Below, in pieces: positions 59,531 through 64,000 of a stretch of 64,000 bases of DNA. Source of the DNA: a virus. The notes beneath the pieces were generated by a model. It had not been told where the DNA came from. It saw only the letters and a list, made by a program, of their open reading frames with translations, and searched no databases. The stretch is taken from the IMG/VR virus record IMGVR_UViG_3300045988_103846; one strand, written 5' to 3'. The position numbers and the translations under genes are program-made. The first letter of the stretch is position 1. Each line of letters begins with the position of its first letter.

Positions 59531-59771
59531 AGATGTATTTGTTTGTTGATATTACTCTTGACCTTAACTCTTTGCCCACAGAATCAGCTGAGGCAATAGC
59601 TTCGAAGTCTTTTCTAGGTACATTGAAGTAGCGATATACACCCCCTTTATTGAAGCCTACTTCTAGAATGTTAGTCTCTCCCTCTAAGTATTGTAGAAGG
59701 ATGACATTAGAGGAATCCCGAACATCTACTGTGGTCAGATTCCCGACTGTTGTTGTGTTTCGTGTAACCAT
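59514..59771 (-). CDS. hypothetical small protein (85 aa)
   Basis: ATG ORF directly behind promoter copy P7. Confidence 0.5.
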   Translation of the reverse strand: MVTRNTTTVGNLTTVDVRDSSNVILLQYLEGETNILEVGFNKGGVYRYFNVPRKDFEAIASADSVGKELRSRVISTNKYIYERVL

Positions 59772-59830
59772 ATTGCATTTATTTTTTATTGCAATGCAAA
59801 TATAATATTAATTTGCATAATATAATAGTC
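59772..59830 (-). promoter_or_regulatory. early promoter copy (P7)
   Basis: The minus strand reads ATTATATTATGCAAATTAATATTATATTTGCATTGCAATAAAAAATAAATGCAAT-ATG. Confidence 0.6.
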
Positions 59831-60045
59831 GCCCAGAAGAGAGCTTCTATATAGCTCAAGAAAAGGGCCCATCTCCCGACGGACCCTTTCTGCGAGTGAA
59901 TAAATCAACAAATAATCAATGATAAGAAATCTATGATAAGAAATCAGAGGGAACTTCCCAGCGCCCCAGGATTTATAACAATTATACGATTATAATATAG
60001 CGAATTCTAAGCGAGAAAGTTATATCCACCCGCATTATTAATTAG

Positions 60046-60606
60046 TTAATCTAGTTCTTCATCTAAAACCCTAAAGTCCCTGACCTTTGGACCAGTCTTC
60101 TTAACCTTATAGAGAGTGGGATCATCTGAGTTATCCCATCTCATAGCCCAGTCTAAAGCCACCCCTTTAGCTTTCTCTATTCCCATGTTTGCTTGAAGAA
60201 GTCTCCTCATCTTCCTACGATATTTCTTCTTCATCTGTTCTGACATGGGTTTTCCATCTATCTGGGGGTAGTCATAAATCCCTGGCTGCTTATTTACGGT
60301 CTTGACCTTCCGATGTACTTCAGGCTTGATCAATTTCTTGGGTTGAGATATGATCTTCTGTTCAGCTACCCGGATAAGGTCATAATACTTCTTTAACTTG
60401 GGCCCATGTTCAGGATCCTTAGAGTAGTCTATCTCAGGGTTCAAGTGATTCTTCTTAAGGTATTGAACCAATTTAAGAAGAGCATCCTTCCTAACTATCT
60501 GAGGACTCTTGTCGAGATCCATCGGATCTGGCTCCCTTAATTCTGTCTTGGTGATGTCTCGATTCTGTCTAACCTTCACCTGTGGTTGTTTTTCTTTCTT
60601 AGCCAT
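60046..60606 (-). CDS. hypothetical basic protein (186 aa)
   Basis: ATG ORF, K/R-rich. Confidence 0.55.
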   Translation of the reverse strand: MAKKEKQPQVKVRQNRDITKTELREPDPMDLDKSPQIVRKDALLKLVQYLKKNHLNPEIDYSKDPEHGPKLKKYYDLIRVAEQKIISQPKKLIKPEVHRKVKTVNKQPGIYDYPQIDGKPMSEQMKKKYRRKMRRLLQANMGIEKAKGVALDWAMRWDNSDDPTLYKVKKTGPKVRDFRVLDEELD

Positions 60607-60612
60607 ATTACT

Positions 60613-60990
60613 CTACTTGTATTGTGTGACTGTGTAACTTGATAATTTAATATAGCTATCTAGAGTATATCTAACTGGACCATAGGAATTCAAGAAATTA
60701 ATGTATTCTCGTATCTGGTCTTCAGATTCGAGTGTCAAAAATATCTTATGATAAGTATTATCACTGCCCCTCAAACCCACTGACCACAAATCCTTGGGTA
60801 TAGCCTTTTTCTGAATATCTCCGAAACTAGACTCTATTTTAGCTTTTATAAACACTAGTTCTCTGGATAAAGTAGCTTTCTTTCCAGAAGAAAGTTTGGG
60901 ATCTTCAAGCTTCTCTTTTATCCCCTGATAATAGTCAAGCATATCCCTGAAGCGGGATATGCTTTGAGTTATGGAGTTGAGATATCCCAT
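60613..60990 (-). CDS. hypothetical protein (125 aa)
   Basis: ATG ORF. Confidence 0.55.
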   Translation of the reverse strand: MGYLNSITQSISRFRDMLDYYQGIKEKLEDPKLSSGKKATLSRELVFIKAKIESSFGDIQKKAIPKDLWSVGLRGSDNTYHKIFLTLESEDQIREYINFLNSYGPVRYTLDSYIKLSSYTVTQYK

Positions 60991-61457
60991 CAGTTACAGT
61001 ATTTAGAGGGTTTTATAATAATCGGAAATGTTGTTGTTTTCTGATTCTTAACCTCTTCTTTGAGATCAAGATTATCTTGAAAGAAAGGCTCCCAGTAATC
61101 TTCATACCAGCCCAAGTCTTTGAATACGGCCTTTAGAGCTTCAGACTCTAAATCTGTTGGGGTCTCTAGCTTGGTCCGGGTATCATAAGCGGTGCTCATC
61201 ATGAGAAGCCAAGCCATAGGGAAGCAGGGAAATACCCCCTCTCTCTTAGATACTGGACAATCGGGATCTTGCTGAGCGGCTTCCCAGCTAAGAGCTGCGG
61301 TGTACCAAGCACCCTTTCTGACGGGGAATTTCTCCATGTTCTGAAGAGCCCATGAACAAGTGGCTTTGAGGGAATCAAATATAGTAATGTTGCTGTCCAC
61401 GTTTTTCCAGATTTTCAATATCTGGTTCTTCAATTCTTCGTTAGCTTTGAGTTGCAT
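60990..61457 (-). CDS. hypothetical protein (155 aa)
   Basis: ATG ORF directly behind promoter copy P8. Confidence 0.55.
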   Translation of the reverse strand: MQLKANEELKNQILKIWKNVDSNITIFDSLKATCSWALQNMEKFPVRKGAWYTAALSWEAAQQDPDCPVSKREGVFPCFPMAWLLMMSTAYDTRTKLETPTDLESEALKAVFKDLGWYEDYWEPFFQDNLDLKEEVKNQKTTTFPIIIKPSKYCN

Positions 61458-61526
61458 AATGTTTATTAATTTTTAATTTGCAATGCAAATATAATAAGGG
61501 AGTTGCTGGGGTTATCGAGAGCTCTA
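61458..61526 (-). promoter_or_regulatory. early promoter copy (P8, long form)
   Basis: The minus strand reads TAGAGCTCTCGATAACCCCAGCAACTCCCTTATTATATTTGCATTGCAAATTAAAAATTAATAAACATT-ATG. Confidence 0.65.
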
Positions 61527-61739
61527 TAGATCGCCCCAGTTCGGCCTATCTATATTCTCAACATCTTGCCTCATTTTATCCTCTATGGCTAGAGCCCTTT
61601 GAAGTATATTCTCAAGTATTTCTATTTCTTCTCTAGATTGATGCTCTGGCGGTAGTTTTTTAGACCGTTCTAGAGAATCTGCACAATTCAATATTAAATT
61701 GCTTATAGCAAGATAAATTATTTCTCTTTCGCCGTCCAT
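61524..61739 (-). CDS. hypothetical small protein (71 aa)
   Basis: Start moved to the ATG at 61739 (MDGEREIIY...) because the track's extension runs through the terminator at 61759-61791. Confidence 0.45.
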   Translation of the reverse strand: MDGEREIIYLAISNLILNCADSLERSKKLPPEHQSREEIEILENILQRALAIEDKMRQDVENIDRPNWGDL

Positions 61740-61758
61740 ATCTGCTTTTAACAAGTAC

Positions 61759-61791
61759 AAAAAAAGCCCGGTCCCAGAAAAGGGAGCGGGC
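61759..61791 (-). terminator. rho-independent terminator after the K/A-rich acidic-tail gene
   Basis: The minus strand reads GCCCGCTCCC ttttct GGGACCGGGC followed by TTTTTTT. Confidence 0.75.
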
Positions 61792-61826
61792 AAAATCATG
61801 ACCTAAAGAACCGTTGGCAAAAAGAA

Positions 61827-62258
61827 CTAGTCCTCTTCCTCCTCTTCGGTTTCCTCTTCCTCTTCCTCCTCTTCGGAGTCATCCTTGCCTTTCTTGCCAG
61901 CACCCGGGGTCTTGTCCACCAGATAGCCGTGGCCCTTCTTGGACTTCGGGGATACTCCCTCTACCATGACTACTGAGGTAGATACTACCTCTCCGTCGGC
62001 ATTGAGAGCAACGGAAGTGATGAGGGAACCGTGCTTGCGAACTGGAGCAGCAAAGTTGAGAACCTTGGAACCGTTGGCGAGCTCGATAACATCGATCTGC
62101 TTAGAGTTCGGCCTCTGGCCGGCAGGACGATTCTTGAGAGCCTCCATACGGGCCTTTCTCTTTGCGGCCTTCTCTTCTGGGGTCATCTTTGTTTTCTTTG
62201 CTGCTTCCTTAGCAGCTGGGGCGGCCTTTGCGGCCTCTTTGTTTACTTTCTTTGCCAT
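61827..62258 (-). CDS. protein with a histone-H1-like K/A-rich N-terminus and a poly-Glu C-terminal tail (143 aa)
   Basis: MAKKVNKEAAKAAPAAKEAAKKTKMTPEEKAAKRKARMEALK... and ...KKGKDDSEEEEEEEETEEEEED*. It has its own terminator. Confidence 0.65.
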   Translation of the reverse strand: MAKKVNKEAAKAAPAAKEAAKKTKMTPEEKAAKRKARMEALKNRPAGQRPNSKQIDVIELANGSKVLNFAAPVRKHGSLITSVALNADGEVVSTSVVMVEGVSPKSKKGHGYLVDKTPGAGKKGKDDSEEEEEEEETEEEEED

Positions 62259-62342
62259 AGCATTTGAAAATTTGAGTTGTGTTAATTTGAAGCCCCGGTG
62301 TTTTAAGCCGGGGACATTATTCCATAGTGAAAGGAGAATTTA

Positions 62343-62849
62343 TTACTTCTTGGACTTCTTGGACTTCTTTTCCTTTTTAGGGAGCTCAATGCCCAATTCC
62401 TTGGCGATCGCCTTGCGAAGCTTCTCAACCTCTTCCTCGTCGAAGTCGTCTGGGTCGGTATCGAGATCCTGATCATCGCATACATCCTCGAGCTCTTCGA
62501 AGTCCATGTTAGCGAGATCCTCTCCGGTCAGTTCTGGAGTTTCTTCCTCCTCTTCCTCCTCCTCAGTTTCTTCCTCCTCTTCCTCATCGGAGTCGTCCTC
62601 GTCCTCCTCTTCTTCCTCGGATTCCTCATCCTCAGAATCGTCCTCATCGGAGTCGTCCTCCTCTTCGGTTTCCTCTTCCTCTTCCTCCTCCTCAGTTTCT
62701 TCCTCACCGAAGATAGATTCAGCCTCCTCAGCAGTCAGGTCAATTGGAGCAGGGATGATCTGAATTGACCCATCATCAAAAGTGATGATAATGTTACCGT
62801 TGATCTCTTTCCTTGAGATCTCTTTCTTTGCAGCTTTTTTCTTAGCCAT
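62343..62849 (-). CDS. poly-acidic protein (168 aa) with K-rich termini
   Basis: MAKKKAAKKE... N-terminus. A central run of about 55 residues is composed only of E/D/S/T. C-terminal KKEKKSKKSKK. Confidence 0.65.
   Translation of the reverse strand: MAKKKAAKKEISRKEINGNIIITFDDGSIQIIPAPIDLTAEEAESIFGEEETEEEEEEEETEEEDDSDEDDSEDEESEEEEEDEDDSDEEEEEETEEEEEEEETPELTGEDLANMDFEELEDVCDDQDLDTDPDDFDEEEVEKLRKAIAKELGIELPKKEKKSKKSKK
62538..62705. repeat. low-complexity GAA/GAG/GAC codon tract (plus strand is a CT-rich pyrimidine run)
   Basis: tcctcttcctcctcctc-type sequence over about 170 nt. It encodes the acidic tract and creates the spurious poly-Ser ORF on the plus strand. Confidence 0.85.
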
Positions 62850-62910
62850 AATCTTAAATATTAAGGGTTAATAAAACGTGTTATCGTTTGCATTCATATA
62901 GTTTGAAGCA

Positions 62911-63300
62911 TCAAAGAGAGTAATTCCAGTCTACCCGGGTATACCCTGATATACCCACTTCTTTGTGAAAGTTATAGGCATTGGGATAACGTGACCAATG
63001 CTTAACAGTGCAACCAACTACAAGTTTCTTGGGATATACATAAAAAGTACCATTTATTGGTTGATTACTCTCTATATAGTTGAACCCAGGTCTCTTTTTA
63101 TAAGAGTCTCTTGGAACAAACCCTCTGAAGATAAATTCTTTCTCTAGATAAGGTCCATTATCTTCTGTCCTTACTAAATAAAAGTTTCTACCTGTCCAGC
63201 GCAAATAGTCATTATAATGGTGTTCTGCCATTCGCAAAGCTTTTCGCATTGAACATTTGAGTATAGATCTCAAAGTCAAAGCAAAGCATTTATAGGTCAT
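62911..63300 (-). CDS. hypothetical protein (129 aa)
   Basis: Start moved to the ATG at 63300 (MTYKCFALTL...), which overlaps the upstream stop by 11 nt rather than 128 nt. Confidence 0.5.
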   Translation of the reverse strand: MTYKCFALTLRSILKCSMRKALRMAEHHYNDYLRWTGRNFYLVRTEDNGPYLEKEFIFRGFVPRDSYKKRPGFNYIESNQPINGTFYVYPKKLVVGCTVKHWSRYPNAYNFHKEVGISGYTRVDWNYSL

Positions 63301-63979
63301 AGCCAGGGGGGAAGATGTAATAACGATTCTTTGCTTTGTTGTCAGCCGCTTTTCTCTTCGATAAGCGAGCTTCCTTGATCTTGCGATCTTGATAATTAAT
63401 TTCTCCGCTAGAGCCATTCTGAAAATACGTTAGACTATCATCCAATTCCTTCCTTTTTTGATGAGTATTGGTACCTTGGATGAATGAGGTGAATACTTCT
63501 TTATTGCCGAACTTACTAAGAGCCAGAAGCCCTGTCTTGCTCGGTATATACTGCCAGTGATTATTTATATATAGGGATATGCCCACAGAAAAGTTTCTCT
63601 CTAAAGCTCTTTTTCCTGAGATAAACTTTATGTGATCAAGAGCATGAGGCCCAAATATTTTTTTATACACCTTTTTGGCTTTCTTCTCTGAATACCAACC
63701 TTGGAGAATGAGAGTCGGGATATAATCCTTATAACTCCAAGGGTAGTACTTATGAATGAAAATCTGGGTATCAAGATCCCATACTGAATGTTGTAAATCT
63801 TGGTTAGCCTTGTTCTTAAGTCTTTTTTGAAGAAGCTTTGATTTAACCTCAACATCAGTTATCTCATCCTCTAAATACTTGCCCTTAAGTTTTGGGACTG
63901 TAGACATTATCTCCCGGTATCTCTCTTCCAGGGTTAGTTTTCTTTTTCTTTTGCTTTTGCGCTTGCTATCCTGTACCAT
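63290..63979 (-). CDS. hypothetical basic protein (229 aa)
   Basis: ATG ORF with a K/R-rich N-terminus (KRKSKRKRK). Confidence 0.55.
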   Translation of the reverse strand: MVQDSKRKSKRKRKLTLEERYREIMSTVPKLKGKYLEDEITDVEVKSKLLQKRLKNKANQDLQHSVWDLDTQIFIHKYYPWSYKDYIPTLILQGWYSEKKAKKVYKKIFGPHALDHIKFISGKRALERNFSVGISLYINNHWQYIPSKTGLLALSKFGNKEVFTSFIQGTNTHQKRKELDDSLTYFQNGSSGEINYQDRKIKEARLSKRKAADNKAKNRYYIFPPGYDL

Positions 63980-64000
63980 TGCTTGATGGATTTGAGATTA

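Noticed and set aside
62506-62763. Plus-strand ORF encoding an 85-aa poly-Ser protein. The ORFs 61939..62472 + and 62031..62267 + are similar.
   Set aside because: It is the antisense reading of the GAA/GAG/GAC tract of the poly-acidic gene. There is no promoter or leader, and the sequence is pure low complexity.
63290-63417. The 128-nt overlap between ORFs 63290..63979 and 62911..63417, considered as a possible frameshifted single gene.
   Set aside because: An internal ATG at 63300 gives a normal 11-nt overlap. No slippery heptamer was seen at the junction, and the two products have unrelated composition.

Overview
This 64-kb window is a contiguous piece of a tailed dsDNA phage (or the interior of a prophage), transcribed almost entirely on the minus strand.

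Layout, left to right:
- 1-3.9 kb: replication genes. A truncated ORF, a Zn-ribbon/TOPRIM primase and a DnaB-like helicase.
- 4.0-4.7 kb: the only plus-strand gene in this part, a sigma-like regulator.
- 4.7-7.6 kb: a holin plus a putative wall hydrolase, then three unknowns.
- 7.8-42 kb: a contractile-tail virion module in P2/Mu-like order, read right to left. The order is TerL, portal, S78-like prohead protease/scaffold, decoration-like protein, major capsid, PKD-domain protein, neck proteins, sheath, tube, chaperone, tape measure, LysM gpX-like, gpD-like, gpV-like spike, gpW/gp25-like, gpJ-like, gpI-like, 1328-aa and 591-aa fibres, and two BACON/Ig-repeat proteins.
- 42.2-43.3 kb: an orphan C5 DNA methyltransferase.
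- 43.4-45.4 kb: a divergent five-gene plus-strand operon of unknowns.
- 45.35-49.85 kb: an ORF-poor, repeat-laden zone that includes an AT-rich three-gene island.
- 47.8-64 kb: an early-type region of about 35 small ORFs arranged in cassettes behind a reiterated promoter.

The host is inferred to be Bacteroidota, based on TAnnTTTG -7 boxes, A-rich leaders without Shine-Dalgarno sequences, and BACON-like repeats. I recognised no tRNA, rRNA, CRISPR array, integrase or reverse transcriptase.

Most interesting observations:
1. BACON-like Ig repeats are split exactly across three consecutive ORF junctions in the fibre region.
2. Five strongly acidic paralogues, plus a second acidic family, sit promoter-proximal in duplicated early cassettes. 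They are candidate DNA-mimic/anti-defence genes.
3. Two proteins carry extreme poly-Glu/Asp tracts.
4. About 2.4 kb of apparently non-coding sequence is full of short reiterated motifs, including a 1-kb stretch with no ORF of 60 aa or more.
5. Four tandem perfect palindromes lie just upstream of the packaging genes, and no small terminase is recognisable there.
6. The tail chaperone has an unannotated -1 frameshift.

All functional calls come from reading motifs by eye. No database search was run.
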